64,000 bases of DNA from Spirochaetota bacterium (GCA_963664815.2 CAXXHB010000003.1:1-64000), one strand, 5' to 3'. Positions 19,135 through 29,905 are shown, counted from the first letter of the stretch. A program made the numbers and translations. Notes: generated from the letters alone by a model not told the origin.

Positions 19135-20238
19135 TTATTTGACTGTTTCAATCAATGAAACAGCCAGTCTGGTTCCGTTTACAAGATCCTTTATCATGAT
19201 AAACTCATCTGTGCTATGTATCTTTTGCATTCCGCAAGAGAGGTTTATGGCCTTGATTTTTGAGCTATTAATAATGTTTGTATCACTTCCACCCCCCATT
19301 GCAACAAACTCCGGTTTCAGCTTTATTTTTTTCATTGCCTGCGAAGTAAAGAGGGAGACAGGATCGTTTTCACTGATTACAAAGCCTGCATACTCCAGAG
19401 TCCTTTCAATCCTGGCCCTGGCCCCGTATTTTGAACATATTTTTTTTACAATCTCCCTTACGTTCTTTTCGGCATCAACCATTTTGTTTTTTACTATTGA
19501 TCTTACTTCGAGATCGCAGAAAGCTTCTTCCGCAACGATATTAGTCGCCCGGCCGCCTGAGATGACTCCTACATTGAGAGTCGTCTCTTCATCAATTTTT
19601 CCATTAGGAAGAAGAGTGATAATTTCCGAAAGAACCCGTATTGCATTAATTCCCTTCTCCGGGGCCATTCCGGCGTGAGATGCACGCCCTTTAATATGGA
19701 TCTGCATGTTGGAATGATATGGGGCTTTTATAATGATGCGCCCTATGTCCCCGCTGCTGTCAAAGACAAATCCGTATTTTGATTTCAGAAGGTTGAGGTC
19801 AAAACCCTTAATGCCTTTAAGGCCAAGCTCTTCAGCACAGCTGAGAAGAATCTCAATATTTCCGTGAGAGATCTTTTTCTCTTTAATATATTCAATGGCT
19901 TCGATGAATATGGCTATCGCTGCTTTATCATCACTTCCCAGAACTGTTTTCCCATCGGTTGTAATTTTTGTGTCTGTAACAATTGCCCTTATATTTTCAC
20001 AGGGAACAACCGTATCCATATGCCCGGACAGAAGTATTGGAGTTCTTTTATTATCGCCGGAAATTTTAACAAGCAGGTTATGTGATTCTCCGCATGGGTA
20101 TTGAATACATTCAGCATTTAAAGATTTAAATCTTTTTATAATATAATCCATGACCGGTTTTTCATGCCAGGATGGTGATGATATCTCAACAAGATCCACA
20201 AAAGTTTTAATCAGTTTTTCTTTATTAATATCGTACAT
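19135..20238 (-). CDS. M20 family peptidase T-like protein
   Basis: HMDTV, GSDDKA, EELG, GGGSD, HSTDE motifs. Confidence 0.9.
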   Translation of the reverse strand: MYDINKEKLIKTFVDLVEISSPSWHEKPVMDYIIKRFKSLNAECIQYPCGESHNLLVKISGDNKRTPILLSGHMDTVVPCENIRAIVTDTKITTDGKTVLGSDDKAAIAIFIEAIEYIKEKKISHGNIEILLSCAEELGLKGIKGFDLNLLKSKYGFVFDSSGDIGRIIIKAPYHSNMQIHIKGRASHAGMAPEKGINAIRVLSEIITLLPNGKIDEETTLNVGVISGGRATNIVAEEAFCDLEVRSIVKNKMVDAEKNVREIVKKICSKYGARARIERTLEYAGFVISENDPVSLFTSQAMKKIKLKPEFVAMGGGSDTNIINSSKIKAINLSCGMQKIHSTDEFIMIKDLVNGTRLAVSLIETVK

Positions 20239-20392
20239 AAAAAACCTGCCAATTTGTATTCCGGATTATTGTTAATTCTTTAACATATGTTTTAGTGTAA
20301 AAGAAACGATCAGCCCCCACCGCCTCCGGCGGCGAGAACAGAGCATTTTATATTATAATAATAAATAACAGGTAGAGTTATTTTTCAAATAA

Positions 20393-20929
20393 TTATTCGT
20401 TAAGAAATGCATGAAGTATTTTCATTACCTCCGGCATCATTTTTTCAATTTCATCCATCTCTTCGGGGGTAAATTTAGAAAGCACATGGTCAGATACTGA
20501 CATCGCTTCGTTTTCCGGTCTGCCTATCCCAAACCGGATGCGGTGAAAATCTGCACTTCCAGTTTCATCAATAATGGACCTTATTCCGTTATGACCTTTG
20601 TGCCCCCCTCCGAATTTTGTTTTCACATTGCCGAATTTTAATTCAAGTTCATCATGGAAGACTATGATACTGGAGGGATTTTCGCCGTAATAATCCATTG
20701 CTTTTTTTACAGCCTTGCCGCTTTCGTTCATATAGGTTTGTGGAAACAGAAGAAGTACATCTTTATCTTCTATCTTCCCGATGCCGGTTTCTGAGAGAAA
20801 TGACTTTTTATTGATCTTTATATTATTAATCTGAGCGAACATTTTTCCGGCCATAAATCCTATATTATGTCTTGTGCTGTTGTATTTTAGACCGGGATTT
20901 CCTAGGAAAACGAGAATTTTCACTGGCAT
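20393..20929 (-). CDS. pth: Peptidyl-tRNA hydrolase
   Basis: LGNPG...TRHNIGF, PQTYMNESG, HDELE, GHNG. Confidence 0.96.
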   Translation of the reverse strand: MPVKILVFLGNPGLKYNSTRHNIGFMAGKMFAQINNIKINKKSFLSETGIGKIEDKDVLLLFPQTYMNESGKAVKKAMDYYGENPSSIIVFHDELELKFGNVKTKFGGGHKGHNGIRSIIDETGSADFHRIRFGIGRPENEAMSVSDHVLSKFTPEEMDEIEKMMPEVMKILHAFLNE

Positions 20930-20941
20930 GGTTCCTGAAAT

Positions 20942-21295
20942 TTAATTATTTAAATTAAGAGTTTTAACTGCTGAATCGAGGTTGTCGAAAATTTTTATTC
21001 TTTTATCAAGGCCGGTGATTCTAAACATCTGCATTATATCGCCATTAATATTGATCAATGAAAAGTATTTGTTGTTTTTTTCTGATTTTGTATAATAAAC
21101 AACAATTATTCCAAGAGATGAGCTGTCTATGAAAGTCATTTCAGACAAATCAATAAGGATATGAGTTTTTTCATCTACATATTTATTCAGAAGAGTTTCA
21201 AATGGAGATATATTTTCAATAGAAAGCGTCCCTTTTACGCTGATTAATACAAAATTATCTTTCATTTCAGTTGTTATTTTCATTCGCATGACCAT
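20942..21295 (-). CDS. STAS-domain anti-sigma factor antagonist
   Basis: IDLSEMTFIDSSSLG phosphoacceptor motif; ITGL. Confidence 0.9.
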   Translation of the reverse strand: MVMRMKITTEMKDNFVLISVKGTLSIENISPFETLLNKYVDEKTHILIDLSEMTFIDSSSLGIIVVYYTKSEKNNKYFSLININGDIMQMFRITGLDKRIKIFDNLDSAVKTLNLNN

Positions 21296-21817
21296 TTCGT
21301 TTTTTATATCTCTAATGTATTATCGGAAAACAGACTAAAAAAATTCGTTAAAATGTTTAATGGAATTATTTTTATTAATCATTTTAAAAAACAATAATTT
21401 CAACAAAAAAACAGTAATTACTTAATAATAAATTCTATGATCAGAATTTCCAATATAATTACTCTGGCAGGTTCAATCAATACACGAACCTGTTATATTT
21501 AAACTATTGATATTCAGCTTTCTCATTTATGTATTATCCATAATAATTTGATCGGAATAATGTCAATGTAATAAATTTTTTAACAATAATTCCTTTATAT
21601 ACATTTATTATAAATTTATTGCAGAATTTTTGTCCCTTTACCGATGCGAGCATGGTGATTTTAAAATATTATGCCTCCCTGCTGCTTATGGCGGCCGGTC
21701 GGTAAGTTATGATTATTGTTTTTTTAAAAATTCACATGCTAATAATAAAGTTGACATCTGAATTTAGCGATTTAACCTGCCAGAGTCGTTTAAATTCATA
21801 TATAACGGAATAATACT

Positions 21818-22294
21818 ATGCCTAGAGCAAAATTCTGGGGTTTCCTGGCGGTTTTACTGTCTGCAGGCCTTTTCGGATTGAGTATATTTTCAGTTTTTGT
21901 TATAAACTATCATGATTTTACAATATTCAATATCGTTAATCTTAAAGAACTCAGTTCAATGACGTTCTATTCGGTATCGATACCTATTGCCCTGGTGGCG
22001 GTTTTTGTGCTATGTACAGGATTCTGGATCGGGTGGATAATATTGACTATAAAGGTGGTACCTCCAATGCCTGAAATTGTTGAAAAAAAAGATAATTCGA
22101 AGATTAAGGCTTTTTTTCTTTGTCTTATTACTGCATCACTGGCTGTTCTGATGATATATGGAGTATATGTCAGGAGTTTCTGGGCTCTTGCAGTCCCGGC
22201 GCTCATCATATCAGCCGTTGTTCTTGGAGCTGTTTTCTGGGTTGGAATGGCTATTATTACAACCAGATCAACTCTGATAGTTAATAAAAAATAA
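21818..22294 (+). CDS. Hypothetical 4-TM membrane protein, first gene of the glycosyltransferase operon
   Basis: Four TM segments with internal repeat (GFWIGW / VFWVGM). Confidence 0.75.
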   Translation: MPRAKFWGFLAVLLSAGLFGLSIFSVFVINYHDFTIFNIVNLKELSSMTFYSVSIPIALVAVFVLCTGFWIGWIILTIKVVPPMPEIVEKKDNSKIKAFFLCLITASLAVLMIYGVYVRSFWALAVPALIISAVVLGAVFWVGMAIITTRSTLIVNKK

Positions 22295-22313
22295 CAATCA
22301 CAACAAGTATAAG

Positions 22314-23555
22314 ATGAGAGTTTTAATTCTTGGTTACAGGGGGAATCCCTATTGCGGAGGGCAGGGGATTTACATTTATAATCTTTCGAAAGAACTGGCT
22401 AAACTCGGGGTAACAGTTGATGTTATGGTGGGTCCTCCATATCCCGATCCGCTTGAAGAGTGGGCGACTGTATATAAGATAGAAAACCTGAATATCTGGT
22501 CTATCAAGACAAAAGATATACCATACGAAAATCTTAAAAGAATATTTTCACCATGGAACTTCCTTGATTATATTCTTACACGGCTTCATATGTTTCCGGA
22601 GATGGAAACTTTCAGCTTCAGGGCATTCTTCGAGCTTGAAAAAATACTGAAAACCAAAAAGTATGACCTCATCCATGACATTCAATCGCTCGGATGGGCA
22701 ACTGTTCCTATGAAGGGTTACGGAATACCCATTATAACAACAGTACATCATCCCCTTACCAAAGACAGAGAAGCCGATCTCCAGAGAAACTGGGGGTTAT
22801 GGGACAAGACGACAACCATTCTTTTTTATCCGCTTGTTATGCAGGGATTTGTCATAAGAAGAGTTGACAGGATCATTACCTCTTTCAAAGAAGGGGTTGA
22901 CGAGCTTCAGAAGGCTTTCAGAGTCAAGAGAGAAAAAGTTTCTGTTGTCTATAACGGAATGGATGTGGATATGTTTCAGAACACCGGAGAGGCCCGCGAG
23001 GAGAATGCGCTTCTTTTCGTAGGCAATACGGAGGATACCAAGAAGGGGCTTGTTTATCTTTTTGAAGCAATGACGATGCTTCCGGAAGAGGTGACCCTTA
23101 CAATTGTTGATGACGGTCCACCTAAAAAGATGACAGCCGGAGATCTTGTAAAAAAATACAACCTTGGACGCAGGGTTAAATTTACCGGCAAGGTAACTTA
23201 TGATGAACTGGTCAGCCTGTACAGCAGAAAGACCATACTTGTTATGTCATCCCTTTTTGAGGGATTCGGACTCCCTGCCGTTGAGGCAATGTCCTGCAAA
23301 ACTCCTGTTGTTGTGACGACAGCTGGTTCGCTTAAAGAGGTCGTTTCTCCTGAATGTGGAATTCTGGTTCCACCGCAGGACCCGAAAGCTTTAAAAGATG
23401 CGGTTATGAAGCTTCTCAAAAACAAAAAGCTTCGTGACAAAATGGGGAAAAACGGAAGGAAATGGGCAGTAGAAAATTTTTCATGGCCCGTTGCTGCGAA
23501 AAATACCCTAGATGTCTATAAAAAAGTAATCAAAGAGTACAGGAGCAGAGGATGA
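22314..23555 (+). CDS. GT4 family glycosyltransferase
   Basis: YRGNPYCGGQG N-terminus; SLFEGFGLPAVEAM. Confidence 0.92.
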   Translation: MRVLILGYRGNPYCGGQGIYIYNLSKELAKLGVTVDVMVGPPYPDPLEEWATVYKIENLNIWSIKTKDIPYENLKRIFSPWNFLDYILTRLHMFPEMETFSFRAFFELEKILKTKKYDLIHDIQSLGWATVPMKGYGIPIITTVHHPLTKDREADLQRNWGLWDKTTTILFYPLVMQGFVIRRVDRIITSFKEGVDELQKAFRVKREKVSVVYNGMDVDMFQNTGEAREENALLFVGNTEDTKKGLVYLFEAMTMLPEEVTLTIVDDGPPKKMTAGDLVKKYNLGRRVKFTGKVTYDELVSLYSRKTILVMSSLFEGFGLPAVEAMSCKTPVVVTTAGSLKEVVSPECGILVPPQDPKALKDAVMKLLKNKKLRDKMGKNGRKWAVENFSWPVAAKNTLDVYKKVIKEYRSRG

Positions 23556-24790
23556 AAATCTGCCTTCTCACATACCGGGGAAATCCCTACTGTGGTGGCC
23601 AGGGAATTTACACCATGTATATTGCCCGTGAACTTGTGAAGCTGGGGCATGAGGTTCATGTTATTCAGGGGCCCCCTTATTTTCCTCCAATGGATGGAGT
23701 CCATATCCATTATGTAAGCAATCATAACTATTTTAATAACAAAGATAATTATATAAAACCTCACAAGCCTTTTGCTACACTAAAACCTCTGAATTTTTAT
23801 GAATTTGTTGCGTCAAAATTCGGAATATTTCCTGAGATAGAGACATTTTCTTTCAGGGCATATTATAAACTGAAAGAATTGCTGAAAACACACAGGTTTG
23901 ATATAATACACGACAACCAGAGTCTGGGATATGGTTTTTTACTTATAAAGAATTTCGGTATTCCTTTCATTTCAACAATACATCACCCCCTCTCAATTGA
24001 CCGTACTACCTGGTTTGAGTATCCCTCGGAGTTCCTTTTAAAGGTCAAGAGGGTTCTTTATTATCCTCTCATTATGCAGGGCTTTGTTGCAAGAAGGATG
24101 GATCATATACTTACAGTTTCTCATGATTCCGCGAAGGAGATTGCCAGGGCATTCGGAGTAAAAGCAGAAAAGATGAGCGTCGTTTACAACGGGCTTGATA
24201 CGGAGATATTTAAGCCGATACCGGGAATTAAAAAGAGGGAAAACAGCATAATATTTGTCGGTAATGTTGAGGACAGGAAGAAAGGAGTTGTGTATCTTTT
24301 AAAAGCGCTTACCCTTACAAAAAACAAGGTCCATCTTACTGTTGTTGATGGCGGCGCGCCGAACAGGCGTTATGTTACAAAGTGGATTGACAACTTCGGG
24401 CTCAATGACAGAATACATTTTACCGGTAAGATCCCGGGCGATAAACTTATAGAGCTTTATTCGCAGCACCAGATTGCCGTGTCCCCGTCTCTTTATGAAG
24501 GATTCGGTTTCCCCGCAGCGGAAGCCATGGCGTGCGAGCTTCCCCTTATATCTTCAGACGGCGGAGCGCTGCCTGAAGTTGTCGGAGAACATATGAAGAC
24601 CGGGTATGTTGTTAAATCAAGGGATCCGTATGCTCTTGCGGAGGCCATAGATTTTTTTATAGATAATCCTGATATAAGGGAAAAGATGGGGAAGGCTGCC
24701 CGTAAAAGAATTAAAGAGGTTTTTACCTGGGAGAACGCAGCGCGTGAAATGGAAGTGATGTACAGGGAGGTCATGGATGCTTACCGTTGA
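23552..24790 (+). CDS. GT4 family glycosyltransferase (paralog of upstream gene)
   Basis: YRGNPYCGGQG; HDNQSLG; SLYEGFGFPAAEAM. Confidence 0.92.
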   Translation: MKICLLTYRGNPYCGGQGIYTMYIARELVKLGHEVHVIQGPPYFPPMDGVHIHYVSNHNYFNNKDNYIKPHKPFATLKPLNFYEFVASKFGIFPEIETFSFRAYYKLKELLKTHRFDIIHDNQSLGYGFLLIKNFGIPFISTIHHPLSIDRTTWFEYPSEFLLKVKRVLYYPLIMQGFVARRMDHILTVSHDSAKEIARAFGVKAEKMSVVYNGLDTEIFKPIPGIKKRENSIIFVGNVEDRKKGVVYLLKALTLTKNKVHLTVVDGGAPNRRYVTKWIDNFGLNDRIHFTGKIPGDKLIELYSQHQIAVSPSLYEGFGFPAAEAMACELPLISSDGGALPEVVGEHMKTGYVVKSRDPYALAEAIDFFIDNPDIREKMGKAARKRIKEVFTWENAAREMEVMYREVMDAYR

Positions 24791-25481
24791 TTTTGACAGA
24801 CTGGCGGTACAGAAGGGCAATATAGTTCTTGATGCCGGTTGCGGGCTGGGCAGGCATTCCATAGAGTTTATGAGGCGCGGGGCTTCCGTTTTCTGCATGG
24901 ATCTTGATCTGGATTCACTTTTAAAAACCAGGTATACGCTGGCAAGCATGAAGCAGAGAGGGGGATCTCCCGAAGGGAGCAGTTACATTACACATGTAGG
25001 AGATGCTCTCAACCTGCCGTTTAAAGAGGGAACGTTTGACAGAATTATATGTTCCGAGGTGATGGAACATGTTGATGATGACTTCAAGGCATGTTCCGAG
25101 CTTGCAAGGGTTCTGAAAAAAAACGGAAGAATTGCAATTACAGTGCCGACCTTTTTCAGCGAAATAATATATGATACTCTTACCTTTGAGTATTTTACCT
25201 CTCCCGGCGGCCATGTAAGAAAATATTTTCCGTCAGAGCTTGCGGACATCATGAGAAAAAACGGTCTGGAAGTCTATGCCGTGGGGTTCAAACATTCGTT
25301 TCATACAATATGGTGGATGATACGAAGTGTTGTGGGGCTACACAATGCAGAGCATCCATTTACAAAAGCCTACCACAAATTTCTTACGCTTGGGCTCTCC
25401 TCAAAGTTTATGAGGAAAGCTGAACTTTTCGTGAATTATTTTTTCCCGAAGAGTGTTGTAATCTACGCCTGGAAAAAGTAG
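24777..25481 (+). CDS. Class I SAM-dependent methyltransferase
   Basis: VLDAGCGLGRH, GDALNLPF, SEVMEH, GGHVR. Confidence 0.9.
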   Translation: MLTVDFDRLAVQKGNIVLDAGCGLGRHSIEFMRRGASVFCMDLDLDSLLKTRYTLASMKQRGGSPEGSSYITHVGDALNLPFKEGTFDRIICSEVMEHVDDDFKACSELARVLKKNGRIAITVPTFFSEIIYDTLTFEYFTSPGGHVRKYFPSELADIMRKNGLEVYAVGFKHSFHTIWWMIRSVVGLHNAEHPFTKAYHKFLTLGLSSKFMRKAELFVNYFFPKSVVIYAWKK

Positions 25482-25623
25482 AACATCAGTTAAAGAACCT
25501 GAAGGAAAATGTAGCTCATCAGACTTTAATGTCGATGAGATTTGTCATTTCATATCTTTTAAAAAACATTGAAAATTTTGTTGCCGCTGAACTGTAAAAA
25601 AATTATTTGAAATTTTTATAGAT

Positions 25624-25652
25624 GGAACCATCTGTAGCTATTTTGGGTCAAA
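25624..25652 (+). promoter_or_regulatory. ECF (sigma-E-like) promoter
   Basis: GGAACC-N15-GGGTCAAA; identical motif and spacing at 35904-35932. Confidence 0.6.
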
Positions 25653-25734
25653 ATAAAGGAACTGTACATAAAATGAATTACTGTTAAGCCGATCAGTACA
25701 AATTAAATTTCTTTAAAAAACATTTAGAAAACAG

Positions 25735-26649
25735 ATGAATTGGAGAGATTATATGAAACATAGAATAAAAGTTATTCTGGCTTTAATAGTGTTTTTAACA
25801 ACAGAAGGTTTTCTCTATGCAAAAGATGGCATGTATATCGGGAAAATACATTCATTAAACCGCGGAAGCAGGGAGTTGGTTGTAAACGTAGAAAATGGTA
25901 ACAATTATCATATTGGAGATACTATATACGTTCGAACAGAGGACAGCATAGCAGTAATGGAAGTAACCTTCCCGATGATGACTGTTTTAAAATGCAGATT
26001 GCTGAAAGATTATCATAAATCATTTAATAAAATTGAAAAGGGGATGAGCGTATTTTTATATGATGAAAAAGCCCTTGAAGAAAAAGATAATACAGCTGAT
26101 ATTGAAATAATGAGAAAAAAAGAGTTTGAAGAGTCAGAAAAGAAAAAAGAGATGGAAGAAGAAAAAGCTGACAAATCTGATAATAAACAGCAGCATTCAG
26201 TTCATTCCCCCATGCTGGGTTGCTGCGTATCTTCCTGTCTTTTTTACAGTGGAAGCTGGAATGCCGGAAGCAATACTTGGGGCAAAATCTTCGTCGCCGG
26301 TAAAATCGGCGGAATTGCAATATCGGCTGTTTCAGCAGGATTAATAATAAATTGGGATAACAAATACAACGACGATGGAGAAAAAACTGCACCTGACAAA
26401 TATTATATTGGATACCTCGGAGGTTTTCTTCTTTGCGGTGTATCTATTGTCTGTGATATGATCTATTCATATAATTATATTTCAAATCACAATAAAACTG
26501 AGAGCAGTAATCAATCTTATAACAATCCGGTACAGAACAGCGTAACTATCTCTTTATTTCCGAACTTTAAAGGTAACCAGGCAGATAAAAGCAGCATGCA
26601 AACTCCTGAGCTTGATGGTGGAGCTATCGGTATTGTCTATAATTTCTGA
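25735..26649 (+). CDS. Hypothetical exported/membrane protein
   Basis: Signal peptide, charged linker, two hydrophobic segments, terminal aromatic (YNF); true start probably the second Met. Confidence 0.7.
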   Translation: MNWRDYMKHRIKVILALIVFLTTEGFLYAKDGMYIGKIHSLNRGSRELVVNVENGNNYHIGDTIYVRTEDSIAVMEVTFPMMTVLKCRLLKDYHKSFNKIEKGMSVFLYDEKALEEKDNTADIEIMRKKEFEESEKKKEMEEEKADKSDNKQQHSVHSPMLGCCVSSCLFYSGSWNAGSNTWGKIFVAGKIGGIAISAVSAGLIINWDNKYNDDGEKTAPDKYYIGYLGGFLLCGVSIVCDMIYSYNYISNHNKTESSNQSYNNPVQNSVTISLFPNFKGNQADKSSMQTPELDGGAIGIVYNF

Positions 26650-26939
26650 TTTAACCCGGTAAGTGTCCACCCCGGAGTGGAACCTTATACGGGAAGGTCT
26701 TCTAATATCAGAAAAAGTGAAGTGAAAAAATATTGAATTAAGAGTCTTGAAGCGTGAATTATAAATATAATTAAACGTACATTCAAAATAATTCTTGCCA
26801 AATAAAAATTAAATCCTGAAAAAATACATTCTGTGAAAATTTAACTGAAAAGGTTTTTGCTGTATATTAAGCGGATTGTTATGCGTATTATTCCGCAAAA
26901 AATCACAACATAAACCGTCAGATATTAAAAGGAGTAAAA

Positions 26940-28499
26940 ATGAAAGGTGATACAGTACAGATTTTTATTGCCATGTTTACCTATATGCTCGTGGTAATAG
27001 GGATTGGTCTCTATTTTGCAAAACGCGCCAATGAAAATTCAGATAACTATTTTCTTGGAGGAAGAACTCTCGGACCATGGATAGCTGCCATGAGTGCTGA
27101 GGCTTCTGACATGAGCGGCTGGCTTCTTATGGGTCTGCCAGGTGTGGCGTACTGGTGCGGATTGGCCGATGCTGCATGGACGGCTATAGGGCTTGGAATA
27201 GGAACATATCTTAACTGGCTTATAGTTGCAAAACGGTTGCGCCGTTATTCAGCTGTAACAGACAATGCCATTACTATACCGGATTATTTCAGCAACCGCT
27301 TCCACGACAGGAAAAAGATACTGATGACAATAGCCGCTATATTTATCCTTGTGTTTTTCACAGTGTATGCTGCTAGCTGTTTTGTCACATGTGGCAAGCT
27401 TTTCAGTACTTTGTTCGGATTTTCCTATCACAGTATGATGATTGCCGGGGCACTGTTTGTTATTATTTACACATTCCTTGGCGGGTTTCTTGCAGAAAGT
27501 ACTTCAGACTTTCTGCAGAGCATAGTGATGATCATTGCGCTTGTAGCTATTTTTATTGTGTCCACCATTGCTGCAGGCGGCATTGACATTATTATCGGAA
27601 ATGTTAAAAAAATACCGGGTTTCTGGGAGTTTTTCGGAATAGCACAACCGTCAATGGCTAATGGCGCACAGCAGATACAAAATGGTGCAGCACAGTTTGG
27701 TTCTGCCGGTACTTATGGAGTTTTGACTATAATATCCACAGTGTCATGGGGCCTTGGATATTTTGGTATGCCACAGGTGCTTTTACGTTTCATGGCTATC
27801 CGTAAGGCCGATGACCTTAAAAAATCCAGACGCATCGCGACAATATGGGCTGTTATTGTTATGTTTGCGGCAGTGATGATAGGAATAATTGGAAGGGAAC
27901 TCTATCCGACAGATTTGACTACATCGGGTGCAGCGGAAAATATTTTTATACTTATGTCATCAAAATTGCTGCCACCGCTGCTGGCCGGTCTTGCAATGGC
28001 AGGGATACTCGCCGCAACAATAAGTTCATCAGACTCGTATCTGCTTATTGCGGCCTCTGCATTTTCAAAGAATATGTTTCAGAATGTAATAAAGAAAGAT
28101 GCTACAGATAAACAGGTTATGACAATATCGCGCATAACACTTATTACTATAACCATACTGGGAATAATCATAGCCATGGATGAGACCAGCATAATTTTTA
28201 AGGTGGTGTCTTTCGCATGGGCGGGCTTTGGTGCAACGTTCGGTCCAATAATGCTGTTTTCCCTGTTCTGGAAACGGACTACAATACAAGGAGCAGTCGC
28301 CGGAATGCTTGCCGGGGGAATTGGTGTATTCATATGGAAGCTTGTACTTCGTCCAATGGGGGGAGTTTTCGGATTATATGAGCTTGGGCCGGCATTTCTT
28401 ATCTCCTGTATATTTATCGTAACAATATCCCTTCTTTCGGAGAAACCGTCTGAGGAGATGCAGCAGGAATTTGAAAGAGCAAAGACTTTTGATTGTTAG
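26940..28499 (+). CDS. putP: Sodium/proline symporter
   Basis: YFLGGRTLGP, SAEASDMSGWLLMGLPG, WGLGYFGMP, FAWAGFGATFGP. Confidence 0.93.
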   Translation: MKGDTVQIFIAMFTYMLVVIGIGLYFAKRANENSDNYFLGGRTLGPWIAAMSAEASDMSGWLLMGLPGVAYWCGLADAAWTAIGLGIGTYLNWLIVAKRLRRYSAVTDNAITIPDYFSNRFHDRKKILMTIAAIFILVFFTVYAASCFVTCGKLFSTLFGFSYHSMMIAGALFVIIYTFLGGFLAESTSDFLQSIVMIIALVAIFIVSTIAAGGIDIIIGNVKKIPGFWEFFGIAQPSMANGAQQIQNGAAQFGSAGTYGVLTIISTVSWGLGYFGMPQVLLRFMAIRKADDLKKSRRIATIWAVIVMFAAVMIGIIGRELYPTDLTTSGAAENIFILMSSKLLPPLLAGLAMAGILAATISSSDSYLLIAASAFSKNMFQNVIKKDATDKQVMTISRITLITITILGIIIAMDETSIIFKVVSFAWAGFGATFGPIMLFSLFWKRTTIQGAVAGMLAGGIGVFIWKLVLRPMGGVFGLYELGPAFLISCIFIVTISLLSEKPSEEMQQEFERAKTFDC

Positions 28500-28610
28500 T
28501 ATAAAGAGAATATCTTATTAAATAATCCCGCCGGCTGATCTATGAGCATTTATCAGTCGGCTGAGTCTGATACCTCCATATGGTTGGCGTTAAGTCCTGT
28601 GGAGGTATTT

Positions 28611-29726
28611 TTATTTTTTTAATGATGTAATCCGGCGGTACTCACGTGGAGAACATCCGACTATACGCGTAAAAACAGTAGTGAAAGATGAAACAGCGTT
28701 AAAACCGACAGCAGTTCCTATCGAGATGATAGATCTGTCCGGCTCGTTAATCAGCATTTCTTTTGCCTCGTTGATCCTGTAATCGTTAATGTAGCTGTTG
28801 AAGTTTTTACCCAGCTTTTTATTAATTATTTCGGAAAGCTGGTGCACCGAAAGTCCAAGTTCGTCTGCCGTATTCTTCAGCGTTATACTCTCAGCGGCGA
28901 AAGCCTTCTCCTGCTCCATTATATACGTAAGCTTGTTGATAATAAAATCAATGTCGAGTGATTTTATTTTTGATGATGACTGCCGGACCTTGTCTATTTC
29001 AAAGCGCAGGAGTTTGTTGTATATAGGGTATTTAATGCTGTTCTGAAAAGTTGAAAAGAGAGCCAGTGCGCAGTAAATAAGGCTTATTTTTAAAAGAAGC
29101 AATGAAAAGATATCCCCGATTAAAATACAGAACAGTGAACCGGTAATCAAAGACAGGGTTTTAAAAGCCTCATGTGAAACCCTGCTCTGCGGTTCACTTG
29201 AATGCTCCCTGACCGCCGCTGAATTACGTATAAGAACTATTGAAGCGAGAATTATCTGGTATAAAACAGCAAGAGGGAACAGCAGCTGAACTATTATATA
29301 ATACGGGGGCAGCTTCATGAACTTGCCAGTAATTAAAGGATAAAACCTGATGTAATCCAAAATCTGTGAACAGGGATGGAGAAATACCGGAACAAGGTAG
29401 ATTGCCGACAGAAAAAACGGGATATAAAACAGGTAGTATTTCCTGTCAAGATGGTACCCTGTCTGAATAAGCCATTGATAACGCAGCGGGTTTGATGCTG
29501 CAGCAAAAAAAGATACAGGAATGAGAAAAACACATGCTATTTCGTAGCCGATAACAATGTGCGTAGAGTAAAGAGCTATCTGAAGACCCCACAAACCGAT
29601 GGAGAAGATTGCAATTATAAAAAAGAAACTGAGACTGCTGGTTATTTTTTTAAATACCTGGGTAAGGCTGATTGTAAGTCCGAGGAAAAAGACCCAGAAG
29701 ACAAAAACATCGAAAAAGCTGACCAT
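28611..29726 (-). CDS. Membrane-anchored AraC family regulator
   Basis: N-terminal TM helices; HQLSEIIN...NFNSYINDYRINEAK...VGFN...SPREYR. Confidence 0.9.
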   Translation of the reverse strand: MVSFFDVFVFWVFFLGLTISLTQVFKKITSSLSFFFIIAIFSIGLWGLQIALYSTHIVIGYEIACVFLIPVSFFAAASNPLRYQWLIQTGYHLDRKYYLFYIPFFLSAIYLVPVFLHPCSQILDYIRFYPLITGKFMKLPPYYIIVQLLFPLAVLYQIILASIVLIRNSAAVREHSSEPQSRVSHEAFKTLSLITGSLFCILIGDIFSLLLLKISLIYCALALFSTFQNSIKYPIYNKLLRFEIDKVRQSSSKIKSLDIDFIINKLTYIMEQEKAFAAESITLKNTADELGLSVHQLSEIINKKLGKNFNSYINDYRINEAKEMLINEPDRSIISIGTAVGFNAVSSFTTVFTRIVGCSPREYRRITSLKK

Positions 29727-29850
29727 GGTCTCACCTCCTGTGTGTCCTGATTCTATTGTGTACGGCCATCAGGAAAATTCCCGTTACAGACTTAGTCAAT
29801 AATAAATAATTCTGAATGTCAAGTCTACAGATTTTCTGCACAGAAATCAT

Positions 29851-29905
29851 CAGTATTTTTATAATCTATAGATATTAAAATCTGCAGTATTTGTAATCTA
29901 TAGAT
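29851..29905 (+). promoter_or_regulatory. Direct-repeat operator candidate between divergent araC and CoA-ligase genes
   Basis: CAGTATTT-n-TAATCTATAGAT twice (29851-29873, 29885-29905). Confidence 0.5.

Noticed and set aside
26679-26700. Third ECF promoter (GGAACC...GGTC)
   Set aside because: The spacer is several bases shorter than in the two matching copies and the AAA after GTC is missing.
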